This document shows positions 1-10,091 of a DNA stretch of 54,175 nt, one piece after another. Below the pieces are notes generated by a model. That model saw only the letters and a program-made list of their open reading frames with translations, made no database searches and was not told where the DNA came from. The stretch is from Salinimicrobium sp. (lineage in GTDB: Bacteria; Bacteroidota; Bacteroidia; Flavobacteriales; Flavobacteriaceae): contig JBAVJE010000286.1 of NCBI GenBank assembly GCA_049687615.1, positions 1 through 54,175 on the forward strand. The letters run 5' to 3'. Each line of letters opens with the position of its first letter. The stretch's first letter is position 1. The position numbers and the translations under genes are program-made.

Positions 1-1387
1 AATGAATATATCCCAGGTTCTTGTTCATCATTTTTCCAAACATTTTGGGGAACCAGTGATAGATCCCGGCAAACATTCCATACAAGGCAGAAATCCCCAT
101 CACCAGGTGAAAGTGAGCAACTACGAAGTAGGTATCATGAACGTTAATATCAAGAGTACTGTCTCCCAGAACAAGACCTGTCAAACCTCCGGTAATAAAA
201 GTTGAAACAAAACCAATCGAGAACAGCATTGAAGGGTTCATCTGCAGGTTTCCTTTCCATATAGTGGTGATCCAGTTAAATGCTTTTACCGCGGAAGGGA
301 TAGCGATCAATAAGGTGGTAAATGTAAACACCGAACCAAGGAATGGATTCATCCCCGACACAAACATGTGGTGACCCCAAACGATGGTTGAAAGAAAAGC
401 GATACCTAAAATAGATGCGATCATCGCACGGTATCCAAAAATGGGTTTTCTAGAGTTAGCTGCAAGTATTTCTGATGCAATACCCATAGCCGGCAAGATT
501 ACGATATAAACCTCTGGGTGACCAAGAAACCAGAATAAATGCTCATAAAGTACCGGAGAACCTCCCTGGTAATGCAGCACTTCTCCTTTAATATAAATAT
601 CACTAAGGAAGAATGAAGTTCCGAAGCTTCGATCCATTACCAACATCAATGCGGCCGATAAAAGAACAGGGAAAGAAACCACCCCAATGATAGCAGTTAC
701 AAAAAGTGCCCAAACAGTCAATGGAAGACGGGTCATGGACATTCCTTTTGTTCTAAGGTTGATTACGGTAACAATATAATTAAGTGACCCCATCAAGGAA
801 GAAGCGATAAAAATCGCCATAGATATTAACCAAAGGGTCATTCCCAGACCTGATCCCCCAATAGCTTGCGGAAGTGCACTCAAAGGTGGGTACACAGTCC
901 AACCTGCTGAAGCCGGTCCTGCTTCTACGAAAAGAGAACCCAACATGATAAGACAGGAGATAAAGAATAACCAGTATGAAAGCATGTTCATAAAGCCTGA
1001 GGCCATATCCCTCGCACCAATTTGCAGTGGAATCAATAGGTTACTAAAGGTACCACTCAATCCCTGTGTCAAGACAAAGAAAACCATTATAGTTCCATGA
1101 ATTGTCACAATAGCAAGGTAAATCTCAGGACTCATGACACCTCCGGGAGCCCATTTCCCGAGAAATATCTCGAATATTTTAAAAGATTCTGCCGGCCAGG
1201 CAATCTGCATGCGGAAAAATACGGACATCAGTATCCCTATAAATCCCATGATTAAGGCGGTAAAAAGATATTGTTTAGCAATAACCTTGTGGTCCATGCT
1301 AAAAATATACTTCGTTATAAAGCTTCCCTCGTGGTGATGGTCATCATGAGAGTGATCATTAATTTGTGCTTGTCCTACTACTGACAT
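1..1387 (-). CDS. ctaD: Cytochrome c oxidase subunit I (A-family, aa3 type), truncated by the left window edge
   Basis: Absent from the ORF track because it runs off the edge. Manual minus-strand translation from ATG at 1387 gives MSVVGQAQINDHSHDDHHHEGSFITKYIFSMDHK, then GWTVYPPLS, LFWFLGHPEVYIV and VWGHHMF motifs. Follows subunit II. Confidence 0.95.
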   Translation of the reverse strand, partial: MSVVGQAQINDHSHDDHHHEGSFITKYIFSMDHKVIAKQYLFTALIMGFIGILMSVFFRMQIAWPAESFKIFEIFLGKWAPGGVMSPEIYLAIVTIHGTIMVFFVLTQGLSGTFSNLLIPLQIGARDMASGFMNMLSYWLFFISCLIMLGSLFVEAGPASAGWTVYPPLSALPQAIGGSGLGMTLWLISMAIFIASSLMGSLNYIVTVINLRTKGMSMTRLPLTVWALFVTAIIGVVSFPVLLSAALMLVMDRSFGTSFFLSDIYIKGEVLHYQGGSPVLYEHLFWFLGHPEVYIVILPAMGIASEILAANSRKPIFGYRAMIASILGIAFLSTIVWGHHMFVSGMNPFLGSVFTFTTLLIAIPSAVKAFNWITTIWKGNLQMNPSMLFSIGFVSTFITGGLTGLVLGDSTLDINVHDTYFVVAHFHLVMGISALYGMFAGIYHWFPKMFGKMMNKNLGYIH

Positions 1388-1409
1388 ATTTTTTAAATCT
1401 TAACTTTAT

Positions 1410-2543
1410 TTATTTTTCAACCTGCGCTATTTCCACTTCATCGTTGGAACTTTCGTTCACTCCTGCAGCCGCATCAAGAGGCTCCATAGTGTCCTGGAAT
1501 TCCTTCTGTTCGGCCATCCAGGCATCAAATTCGTCCTGACTTTCGACGATCACTTTCATTTGCATATTGTAGTGTGCTACACCACAGATCTTGTTACACA
1601 ATAGATAGTAGTCGAACTGATCATAAGGAGAGAGTTCTTCTGATCCAAGTGAAACCAATTCTGCATTTTTTTCACTTCTTATGCCCTGAATCCTGGCTAC
1701 TTTTTCTCTCATATACTCGGTACCATTAATTTCTTGGGTAGTAATGGTTGGAGTAAAAGAGAACTGAGTAATCATTCCTGGAACGACATTCATCTGCGCC
1801 CTAAAGTGAGGAAAATAAGCCGAATGGAGTACATCCTGAGACCTCATTTTAAACAACACCGGGCGATCAACGGGCAGGTGAAGTTCACTCACGATAACAT
1901 CGTCGTAGGCATATTGATCACTTTCATCTACTCCAAGCCTGTTTGCTCCTTCTATGAAGCGAACATTTGCCTTTCCAAGTACATTATCATTACCGGCATA
2001 GCGAGCGGTCCAGTTGAACTGCTGTGCATATAGCTCTATTACTATAGGATCATCCTCATCGGAAACGTCCATAATATCTGACCAGGTGAACAAGCCATAG
2101 ATGATAAGTCCGGCAAGAACGATAACAGGAATAACGGTCCAAACCAATTCAAGTTTATCATTGTCGGCAAAGAACAATGCTTTTTTTCCTTTTTCCCCTT
2201 TATATCTAAAAGAGAAATAGTAAAGCAGTCCTTGCGTAATCACTTGTACGAACATGATCACGGCCATTGTTATCAACATCAAGTTGTCATATTGACTTCC
2301 ATGTTCTGAAGCAGCAGCCGGCAAGGCTCTGTCTCCAAAAGTCCAGAAGTTGTACAACATAAAAAGATAAAACGCGATCCCAAAGGCCAGCAGGATATTA
2401 CCCTGCACCCGGTTATCTTTATCACTCGCTATCTCACCAGACTCAAGACTGCTGGTACTTCTTGACAGCTGAAAGATCTTGGTGAGTTGCCAGATAGTGA
2501 TCGCAAAAAGCGCTACTACTATTATGATCAAAAATACAGTCAT
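1410..2543 (-). CDS. ctaC: Cytochrome c oxidase subunit II (CuA)
   Basis: N-terminal TM helices; AQQFNW, DVLHS and CNKICGVAHYNM CuA motifs. Confidence 0.95.
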   Translation of the reverse strand: MTVFLIIIVVALFAITIWQLTKIFQLSRSTSSLESGEIASDKDNRVQGNILLAFGIAFYLFMLYNFWTFGDRALPAAASEHGSQYDNLMLITMAVIMFVQVITQGLLYYFSFRYKGEKGKKALFFADNDKLELVWTVIPVIVLAGLIIYGLFTWSDIMDVSDEDDPIVIELYAQQFNWTARYAGNDNVLGKANVRFIEGANRLGVDESDQYAYDDVIVSELHLPVDRPVLFKMRSQDVLHSAYFPHFRAQMNVVPGMITQFSFTPTITTQEINGTEYMREKVARIQGIRSEKNAELVSLGSEELSPYDQFDYYLLCNKICGVAHYNMQMKVIVESQDEFDAWMAEQKEFQDTMEPLDAAAGVNESSNDEVEIAQVEK

Positions 2544-2571
2544 CTTACAATTTCTTCGTTAACTAAAGTTT

Positions 2572-3930
2572 CTAATAATGGTAATTTTCGCTTTCCTTAA
2601 GGAAAGGATCTCCTTTTGGATACAATGAAACCTTCCCAAGTCCTGTTCCCACAACAAACACAAACAAGCCAAGGAAGAATAATATCCCGGCAATTTCAGG
2701 AATTCCAAAAGCCCAGTTAGGTCCCAAAGTAGATGGAACAACCAACAGGAATATATCTATATAGTGACCAATCAATAAAATTATACCGGTGATTACCACA
2801 AAATAAGGAATACGTTTGAAGTTTGTATTCATCAGCATCAAAATCGGGAACACAAAATTTAGCACAAGCATTCCAAAAAACAACAGATTGTATTCTTCAA
2901 TTCTCATGGTAAAATAAGCAACTTCTTCAGGAATGTTTGCATACCATATCAACATGAACTGTGCAAACCAAAGGTAGGTCCAGAAAATACTGAAGGCAAA
3001 GATAAATTTAGCAAGATCATGAAGGTGGCTATCATTCACAAAAGGTATATATCCACCCCTTTTCAGGAAGATCACTACCAATGCGATAACAGTAATTGCA
3101 GTCACAAACATACTTGCAAAAATATACCATGCAAAAAGCGTACTATACCAGTGTGGCGTCATAGACATAAACCAATCCCACGCCATAGTCGATTCGGTAA
3201 TCAGGAAGAATAACAGGAAGAAAACCGATATTTTAAAGTTCTTTTTATAAGGCGTGTAATCACTTACTTCTGCCTGTCTCAATGAATTCCTTCTCGCGAA
3301 ATAACGGTACAGGTTCCATCCAAGCAAATAGATTACCGCACGAATTATGAAAAACGGCAGATTAAGATAACCTGCTTTTCCTTGAAGAATTTCATCATGC
3401 GCCACGATTTCATCATTCATCCACGGATAGAAATGAGTTCCCGCCAGGATGACGATAAGCACAACAATGATAGAACCGGGCAATAAATAGGTTGTTATTC
3501 CTTCCAGCACCCTGTAAAGAACAGGAGACCATCCCGCCTGTGAAACATATTGAATGGCGTTAAACACAAGTGCTCCAAGGGCGATCATGAAGAAGAAGAA
3601 TGCAGATACAAAAACCGCAGCCCATGGTCGGGCCTGTAATTGATGCAAAAGGTGTTCCATGTGGTCTCCTTCGTGGCCTTCGGCTTCAGCTTCCTGTGCA
3701 TTTTCATGTCCTGTCACCTCAAGATACTGTTCTGTTACCCCATGATCGGCCAGGTTATCCTCTTCCCCGGCTGAAACAGCATGTTCGCCATGTCCAGCTT
3801 CAGAAGCCATTATTTTGGCAGCATCTTCAACGGTAGAAGGGGCGGCAATGAAACCATAGGCCAGACCCAGGATTCCCAGCACCATAAAAATGATAGAACC
3901 TATTTTTAGTTTGTTGGATAGCGTGTACAT
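2572..3930 (-). CDS. actF: Alternative complex III membrane subunit ActF (NrfD-like fold)
   Basis: Multi-TM protein with WYST, HDLAK and QFMLIWYANIPEE motifs; last act gene before ctaC. Confidence 0.85.
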   Translation of the reverse strand: MYTLSNKLKIGSIIFMVLGILGLAYGFIAAPSTVEDAAKIMASEAGHGEHAVSAGEEDNLADHGVTEQYLEVTGHENAQEAEAEGHEGDHMEHLLHQLQARPWAAVFVSAFFFFMIALGALVFNAIQYVSQAGWSPVLYRVLEGITTYLLPGSIIVVLIVILAGTHFYPWMNDEIVAHDEILQGKAGYLNLPFFIIRAVIYLLGWNLYRYFARRNSLRQAEVSDYTPYKKNFKISVFFLLFFLITESTMAWDWFMSMTPHWYSTLFAWYIFASMFVTAITVIALVVIFLKRGGYIPFVNDSHLHDLAKFIFAFSIFWTYLWFAQFMLIWYANIPEEVAYFTMRIEEYNLLFFGMLVLNFVFPILMLMNTNFKRIPYFVVITGIILLIGHYIDIFLLVVPSTLGPNWAFGIPEIAGILFFLGLFVFVVGTGLGKVSLYPKGDPFLKESENYHY

Positions 3931-3949
3931 ATTTATTTATCTAATGCTG

Positions 3950-4627
3950 TTATTCTTGGTTTTGGGTTTCCGCTTCGCCGGTAGTTGAGGCTTCTTTCGT
4001 AACCATTTCTTTTTCAGCGTTTACAGCGGGAATCAAATTATCAGATCCAGATTCAAATTCTCTGGCGGGCTTACCCATCAATTGGTCTTTCAATGACATC
4101 ACATAGTGATCAATTTGCCAACGCTCTTCAATAGATGTCTGTGATGCATAAGACCCCATGGCGTTTAGCCCATAATACATCGTGTGGTAAACACTACCTT
4201 CGGTGATTGCACGTCCTGCATCGTCATAACGTGGCACTCCAAGAAATTTCTCTCTTTGCACAAGAATACCTTTTCCATCTCCTTTATCACCGTGACATAC
4301 TGCACAATAGATCGTGTATAGCCCTTCTCCCTTTGTAAGGTTATCTTCGGTATATGGCAGGGGATTTGTCAATTCGGCTTTTGCAGCAGCACGACCTTCA
4401 AAGGTGTTTTCATAGGCGTAAGGCTTCCAGCCCCGGGCTACAGTTCCCTCCACCGGCAGCTTTGCTTCCTGTTCATTAACAAAAATGTCATATGCCCCAT
4501 ATGGTTCATAACTTACCGACTCGTACATATCTGGCATGTACTGGTAATTTGGTTTCGAGTTATTCATGCAAGAAACTGCACTCGCCGCCAAAATGAAGAA
4601 TATGGATTTTTTAAATAAACTTTTCAT
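3950..4627 (-). CDS. actE: ACIII monoheme cytochrome c lipoprotein ActE
   Basis: Lipobox (AVSC), YMPDM motif, single CAVCH heme site; cluster position. Confidence 0.88.
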   Translation of the reverse strand: MKSLFKKSIFFILAASAVSCMNNSKPNYQYMPDMYESVSYEPYGAYDIFVNEQEAKLPVEGTVARGWKPYAYENTFEGRAAAKAELTNPLPYTEDNLTKGEGLYTIYCAVCHGDKGDGKGILVQREKFLGVPRYDDAGRAITEGSVYHTMYYGLNAMGSYASQTSIEERWQIDHYVMSLKDQLMGKPAREFESGSDNLIPAVNAEKEMVTKEASTTGEAETQNQE

Positions 4628-4632
4628 ATGGT

Positions 4633-5160
4633 TTATTTGTTATCAATTAATTTAATTTCTGAAGCGCCTGTTTCGTACAGGAAATTGCTCAGTTGCTCGG
4701 CATCATGTCCTCCAAGTTCTACTTCCACAAGAAAGTGGTCATCTGTAGTACGAACATCGGGATTTTCGGCTTTTTTGAAAGGCCAAATTTTACTTCTCAT
4801 ATAAAAAGTAAACACCATAAGGTGAGCTGCAAAGAATACGGTCAATTCAAACATGATAGGGATGAAAGCAGGCATGTTCTGCACAAAGCTAAAACTTGGT
4901 TTCCCTCCAATATTCATTGGCCAGTCATCTATCATAATAAAGTTCATCATGGTAACAGCAACAGACAAACCTATCAAGCCATAAATAAATGAGGTGATTG
5001 CAAGTCTTGTCGGCGCCAGTCCTAAAAGCTTATCAAGCCCATGAATAGGAAAAGGAGTATAAACTTCATGAATGTTGTAACGCGCATCCTTGATCTGCTT
5101 TACTGCTTGCAGCAATAGATCATCGTCGTTATAAATAGCATGTATAACCTTGCTTGCCAT
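4633..5160 (-). CDS. actD: ACIII subunit ActD (DUF3341)
   Basis: YTPFPIHGLD and NIGGKP motifs, two TM helices; lies between actC and actE. Confidence 0.88.
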   Translation of the reverse strand: MASKVIHAIYNDDDLLLQAVKQIKDARYNIHEVYTPFPIHGLDKLLGLAPTRLAITSFIYGLIGLSVAVTMMNFIMIDDWPMNIGGKPSFSFVQNMPAFIPIMFELTVFFAAHLMVFTFYMRSKIWPFKKAENPDVRTTDDHFLVEVELGGHDAEQLSNFLYETGASEIKLIDNK

Positions 5161-6956
5161 TATCTGTTATTTTTAAGTTGGTTAGCCTGCTGTGACCAAT
5201 CCCCGCGTTGCTCCTCAAGAGGGAAGGTGTCAATTATTTCATCAAGCAGCGCATAATCCTCTTCGGTTAATTTACTTATCTGGTCATATGTATAGAGACC
5301 AAGCTCGTGCAACTTTTCTTCCAGCAGGGGTCCAATACCTTTTATCTTCTGAAGATCATCTGCAGATTGGGTTGCCGGATCAAAGGTTCCTACTCTTGCA
5401 AGAAGGGCATCCAGTCGTTCCCTGTCGACTTCAGAACCTATAAGTTCTTTATGTTCATGAGCTGTTTCTTCCTTTTGAACTTTTCCTTTCGAAGTATATT
5501 CCTCATCAATATTTGCAGCAGGCTCCTGAGCAGTTGGGTCATTTTCAAATTTTTCAGCCTTTAGCCCATGCTCTGCTCTCAATTTCTTATACGCTTCTCC
5601 TGAAGATTTCAGGATGGTTTTCACTTCTGCCTGTGCAATTACCGGGAAAGTCCTGGCATAAAGCAAGAAAAGCACAAAGAAGAAACCAATAGTACCAATG
5701 AAGATTCCAATATCAACAAAAGTTGGTGAGAACATTATCCATGATGATGGTGTCCTTGACTTACTCAAATTGAGAACAATAATATCAAAACGTTCAAACC
5801 ACATTCCAATATTGATAATAATAGCCACAATGAAGGTCCACATTATATTTCTCCTCAACTTTTTCACCCAAAGGCTTAACGGCACAATAAAGTTACAGAT
5901 GATCAACGCCCAAAACGCCCACCAGTAAGGTCCTGTTGCAGCACCAAAAGACATATAGGTGTAATTCTCTGCATCCATTCCCGAATACCATCCAATAAAG
6001 TATTCTGTAATATAAGCTACAGATACGATTCCTCCCGTTAACAGGATCACCTTATTCATGTACTCAATATGCAGAATGGTTATATAATCTTCCAGATGAG
6101 AAACTTTTCTCATAATGATCAACAGGGTCTGCACCATTGCAAATCCCGAAAAGATTGCACCCGCCACAAAGTACGGAGGGAAAATGGTACTATGCCAACC
6201 CGGTACAACCGAGGTAGCAAAGTCAAAAGATACGATAGTGTGTACAGAAAGTACCAGTGGTGTTGCCAATCCGGCTAAAACTAATGATACCTCTTCAAAT
6301 CGTTGCCAGTCTTTTACTCTCCCGCTCCATCCAAAGCTTAAAATTCCATAGATCTTTTTTTGAAATGGTTTTGTCGTCTTATCACGTAACATTGCAAAGT
6401 CGGGCAATAATCCCGTCCACCAAAACACTAATGACACAGAAAGATAGGTAGAAATTGCAAAAACATCCCAAAGCAGCGGAGAATTAAAATTCACCCACAG
6501 GGATCCAAATTGGTTAGGAATTGGAAGTACCCAATACGCCAGCCAAGGACGCCCCATATGAATAATAGGGAAGAGTCCTGCCTGCACAACAGCGAAAATT
6601 GTCATTGCCTCTGCAGAACGGTTGATCGCCATTCTCCATTTTTGCCTAAATAAAAGTAGTACGGCCGAGATTAGGGTTCCCGCGTGACCAATACCTACCC
6701 ACCAAACAAAGTTGGTGATATCCCAGGCCCAGCCAATGGTCTTATTAAGACCCCAAACTCCAATACCCGTAGATACAGTATAGATTATACATCCCAATCC
6801 CCACAAGAACGCTACAAGGGAAATTAGGAATACTATCCACCAAGATTTGTTAGCCTTCCCAAAAATGGGGGCACCTACATCAACACTAATGTCACTGTAG
6901 GTTTTCTCGCCGATAATTAAAGGCTCTCTTATTGGTGCTTCGTAATGTGACGACAT
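5160..6956 (-). CDS. actC: ACIII quinol-oxidising subunit ActC (NrfD/PsrC family) with a C-terminal helix-hairpin-helix extension
   Basis: WDITNFVWWVGIGHAGTLISA, HMGRPW and WFERF motifs, plus an extra ~140-aa soluble tail containing DDLQKIKGIGP. Confidence 0.92.
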   Translation of the reverse strand: MSSHYEAPIREPLIIGEKTYSDISVDVGAPIFGKANKSWWIVFLISLVAFLWGLGCIIYTVSTGIGVWGLNKTIGWAWDITNFVWWVGIGHAGTLISAVLLLFRQKWRMAINRSAEAMTIFAVVQAGLFPIIHMGRPWLAYWVLPIPNQFGSLWVNFNSPLLWDVFAISTYLSVSLVFWWTGLLPDFAMLRDKTTKPFQKKIYGILSFGWSGRVKDWQRFEEVSLVLAGLATPLVLSVHTIVSFDFATSVVPGWHSTIFPPYFVAGAIFSGFAMVQTLLIIMRKVSHLEDYITILHIEYMNKVILLTGGIVSVAYITEYFIGWYSGMDAENYTYMSFGAATGPYWWAFWALIICNFIVPLSLWVKKLRRNIMWTFIVAIIINIGMWFERFDIIVLNLSKSRTPSSWIMFSPTFVDIGIFIGTIGFFFVLFLLYARTFPVIAQAEVKTILKSSGEAYKKLRAEHGLKAEKFENDPTAQEPAANIDEEYTSKGKVQKEETAHEHKELIGSEVDRERLDALLARVGTFDPATQSADDLQKIKGIGPLLEEKLHELGLYTYDQISKLTEEDYALLDEIIDTFPLEEQRGDWSQQANQLKNNR

Positions 6957-6995
6957 ATCTTAATAATTGATTCTGAATATTTTTTCTACAACTTT

Positions 6996-9900
6996 TTAAA
7001 CGTCGATATCGTTTGTTACTTTCAACTGATACATCACGTTTGGCCTTGTTCCCAATGCCTCCATAGCATGATACATTCTGTCATTGTCGGCCATCTTCAT
7101 GATCTTTGATTCGGTGTCGTTAATATCACCAAAAACAATAGCGCCTTTGTCACAGGCAAGTGAACAAGCTGTGTTGAATTCACCGTCTTTAACAGGTCTT
7201 CCTTCCAACTTGGCATCAAGTTTAGTCCTTTGGGTTCTTTGAATACAGAAAGAACATTTTTCCATAACTCCACGAGAGCGCACAGTCACATCTGGATTAA
7301 GAACCATACGACCAAGATCGTTGTTCATGTGATAATCGAATTCCTCATTTTTATTGTAAAGGAACCAATTGAACCTTCTTACCTTATAAGGGCAGTTGTT
7401 GGCACAGTAACGTGTTCCAACACATCTGTTATATACCATCATATTTTGGCCTTCACGACTGTGCATAGTCGCCGCTACAGGACACACGGTTTCACAAGGA
7501 GCATGATTACAGTGCTGGCACAACATAGGCTGAAAAATAGCTTGTGGATTTTCATCTGACGCTACTTCAACCTTATCGTAAGTTTCCCATGCACCAAGAT
7601 TATCAAGTGCTTCACGCTCTTCTTTGAAAGTATCTTCAGAAGAATAGTACCTGTCAATACGCAACCAGTGCATATCACGGAATTTCCTCACCTCTTCCTT
7701 ACCAACCACAGGAACATTGTTCTCTGCCTGACAGGCGATCACACATGCGCCACAACCTGTACAAGCGTTAAGGTCAATAGACATATTGAAGTGGTGTCCA
7801 ACAGAGCTATCAAAAGGTTCCCAAAGATCTGACTTTCCATCACCTACCGGCACCTCCTGGTGGTTGTATGAGATCTCAGGAAAAGGATTCCAGACCTCTT
7901 TTTCTTCATTCTTGTAAAGCGAGTAGCTGGTCTCTTTGATAATGTCATCTCTTCCTGCAAGAGTATTTTGCAACTGTACACATGCAAATTCATGCATTCC
8001 AGAAGCCTTTTCAATAACCACTTTTTGGTGAGACTTAAAATCTTTGTAAAGTGGGTAAGCATTGACTCCAACCTGCATCTCACGCTGAACAGCCTCTCTT
8101 TTACCGTAACCAAGAGCAAGCGAAACTACTCCTCTGGCTTGACCCGGCTGTATATAAATCGGTACCATTTCAAGGACAACATCCCCTACTTTTAGGTTGA
8201 CATAGCTTCCGTTCAAAGCACCGTTCGATTCGTATTCATTCTCAAGGCCAAGTGCCTCGGCATCAAACCTTGATATCTTAAGACAGTTGTCCCATGACAC
8301 TCTTGTGATAGGATCTGGCATCTCCATCAACCATGGATTGTTAGCCTGGTTTCCGGCTCCCATAGCAGTTGAAGAATAAAGTTCCAGCTCAAGTCCTTCT
8401 CCGGCAGCAGCAGATAAGTTTCTCGCCGCCGTAGCATCGTCGTTGACCTTCAGGCTTCCGGCACCAACACTTGCCAGGGATCCTGTTCCCGCCGGTTCAG
8501 TTGCCTCAAAAGTTCCATCATGCAAGGCATCGATCCAGGCAGTATTACCCAAAGAATCTGCCCAGGTGTCTTGTATGTAATTATGGTAAGATGTATTGTT
8601 ATCTGTCCATCTCAACAAAGTGTCCTGAAACTGGCTGGTATCAAACAAAGGCTTGATAGTAGGCTGCATCAGGCTGAATTTTTTCTTAGTCAACTGGATG
8701 TCACCCCAACTCTCCAAATAGTGTGGAGTGGCAGCTATATAGTTACACAACTTGGCTGTTTCATCCTGCTTCATGGAAAAAGCAACGCTTAATTCCACTT
8801 TTTTGAGACCTGCAATAAATTCTTCGGCAAAAGGAAGACTGTATGCAGGGTTAACACCGGCAATAAGGATAGCTCCTACCTGTCCGCTGCTCATATCGGC
8901 AACAAGTTTTTTCACTTCAGCGGCATTTCCCTGACGAAGCATTCTTGGATTTTCGGTGTCGATCACCTTACTTCCAAGAGACTCATTAATACTAAGCGCA
9001 AGCGTTTGAGCATCGGCTTCTGGAATTCCGGAAACTACCACTGCTTTACTTCCTGCTTTACGTAACTGTCTGGCAGCTTTCACCACCACGTCATCAATTT
9101 CTGAAGGAAGTTTGCTTCCGGAAGCACCTCCGGAAATATATCCGTGAAGGGCAGCTAAAATTGCTTTTTGCTGAGATATAGTAACAGGTATCCGCTTATC
9201 GGCTTTTGCACCTGTCATGGAAAAATTAGATTCGAACTGGATGTGACGGGACATAGAACCGTTTTCAGGAACCCGGCTTTGCGCGTATCCAACATCGTGA
9301 CCCCCACCGGCCCAGTCTCCAAGAAAATCTGCTCCAACAGATACTATTGTTTCAGCTTTAGAAAAATCATATTGTGGGAGCGCTCTTGTGCCATAACGTG
9401 ACTGGAACGCATTCAACGCAGCATCTTCAGAAACAGCGTCATAAACTATATGCCGTACATTACCGTATTTTTCTGAAAACTCGTTGATGAGCTTTGTGGT
9501 AGAAGGACTTGCAAAGGTTTGAGTAAGAAGTACAATTTCACCTGAAACAGTATTCAGCTTTTGCCTTACCTCCTTGTCAAACTGCTCCCAGGAAACCACC
9601 TGGCCGTTCGCCATTGGCCGCTGCAGTCTTTTGTTATCATATAAAGAAAGTACAGATGCCTGTACCCTGGCGTTTGCACCGGTATTAGCAAGATTGTTGT
9701 GCTCAATTTTAATGGGACGACCTTCACGAGTCTTTACAAGCACTCCTGAAAAATCGAAACCATCGGCCATCGTGGTAGCGTAGTAATTAGCAACCCCGGG
9801 GACAATCCTCTCGGGCTGTACAACATAAGGAATCGATTTTATAACCGGTCCTTCACAAGCAGCCAAAGATGCCGCAGCCGTACTAAAACCAACATACTTC

Positions 9901-10064
9901 AAAAAGTCCCTACGGGAAGTCTTTGAACTCTCAAGAGATTCTTTGTTGCCCAAAAATTCATCTGTAGGAATTTCATCTACAAATTCTTTTTGATGCGCCT
10001 CAACAATAGAACTCGACTCTTTCAGTTCTTCAACACTTTGCCAGTATCTTCTGTTTGATGACAT
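6996..10064 (-). CDS. actB: ACIII subunit ActB (molybdopterin-oxidoreductase-like domain fused to an Fe-S domain; Tat lipoprotein)
   Basis: Internal Tat motif SRRDFLK followed by the LAAC lipobox; C-terminal Fe-S motifs CTGCGACVIAC, CQHCNHAPCETVCP, CVGTRYCANNCP and CSFC. Confidence 0.93.
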   Translation of the reverse strand: MSSNRRYWQSVEELKESSSIVEAHQKEFVDEIPTDEFLGNKESLESSKTSRRDFLKYVGFSTAAASLAACEGPVIKSIPYVVQPERIVPGVANYYATTMADGFDFSGVLVKTREGRPIKIEHNNLANTGANARVQASVLSLYDNKRLQRPMANGQVVSWEQFDKEVRQKLNTVSGEIVLLTQTFASPSTTKLINEFSEKYGNVRHIVYDAVSEDAALNAFQSRYGTRALPQYDFSKAETIVSVGADFLGDWAGGGHDVGYAQSRVPENGSMSRHIQFESNFSMTGAKADKRIPVTISQQKAILAALHGYISGGASGSKLPSEIDDVVVKAARQLRKAGSKAVVVSGIPEADAQTLALSINESLGSKVIDTENPRMLRQGNAAEVKKLVADMSSGQVGAILIAGVNPAYSLPFAEEFIAGLKKVELSVAFSMKQDETAKLCNYIAATPHYLESWGDIQLTKKKFSLMQPTIKPLFDTSQFQDTLLRWTDNNTSYHNYIQDTWADSLGNTAWIDALHDGTFEATEPAGTGSLASVGAGSLKVNDDATAARNLSAAAGEGLELELYSSTAMGAGNQANNPWLMEMPDPITRVSWDNCLKISRFDAEALGLENEYESNGALNGSYVNLKVGDVVLEMVPIYIQPGQARGVVSLALGYGKREAVQREMQVGVNAYPLYKDFKSHQKVVIEKASGMHEFACVQLQNTLAGRDDIIKETSYSLYKNEEKEVWNPFPEISYNHQEVPVGDGKSDLWEPFDSSVGHHFNMSIDLNACTGCGACVIACQAENNVPVVGKEEVRKFRDMHWLRIDRYYSSEDTFKEEREALDNLGAWETYDKVEVASDENPQAIFQPMLCQHCNHAPCETVCPVAATMHSREGQNMMVYNRCVGTRYCANNCPYKVRRFNWFLYNKNEEFDYHMNNDLGRMVLNPDVTVRSRGVMEKCSFCIQRTQRTKLDAKLEGRPVKDGEFNTACSLACDKGAIVFGDINDTESKIMKMADNDRMYHAMEALGTRPNVMYQLKVTNDIDV

Positions 10065-10091
10065 ATATTTATAAATTTTCTTCTTGTTTTA

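Noticed and set aside
2..1337. Plus-strand ORFs 2..205 and 1134..1337
   Set aside because: They lie antisense to ctaD, which the track missed because it is truncated at the window edge.
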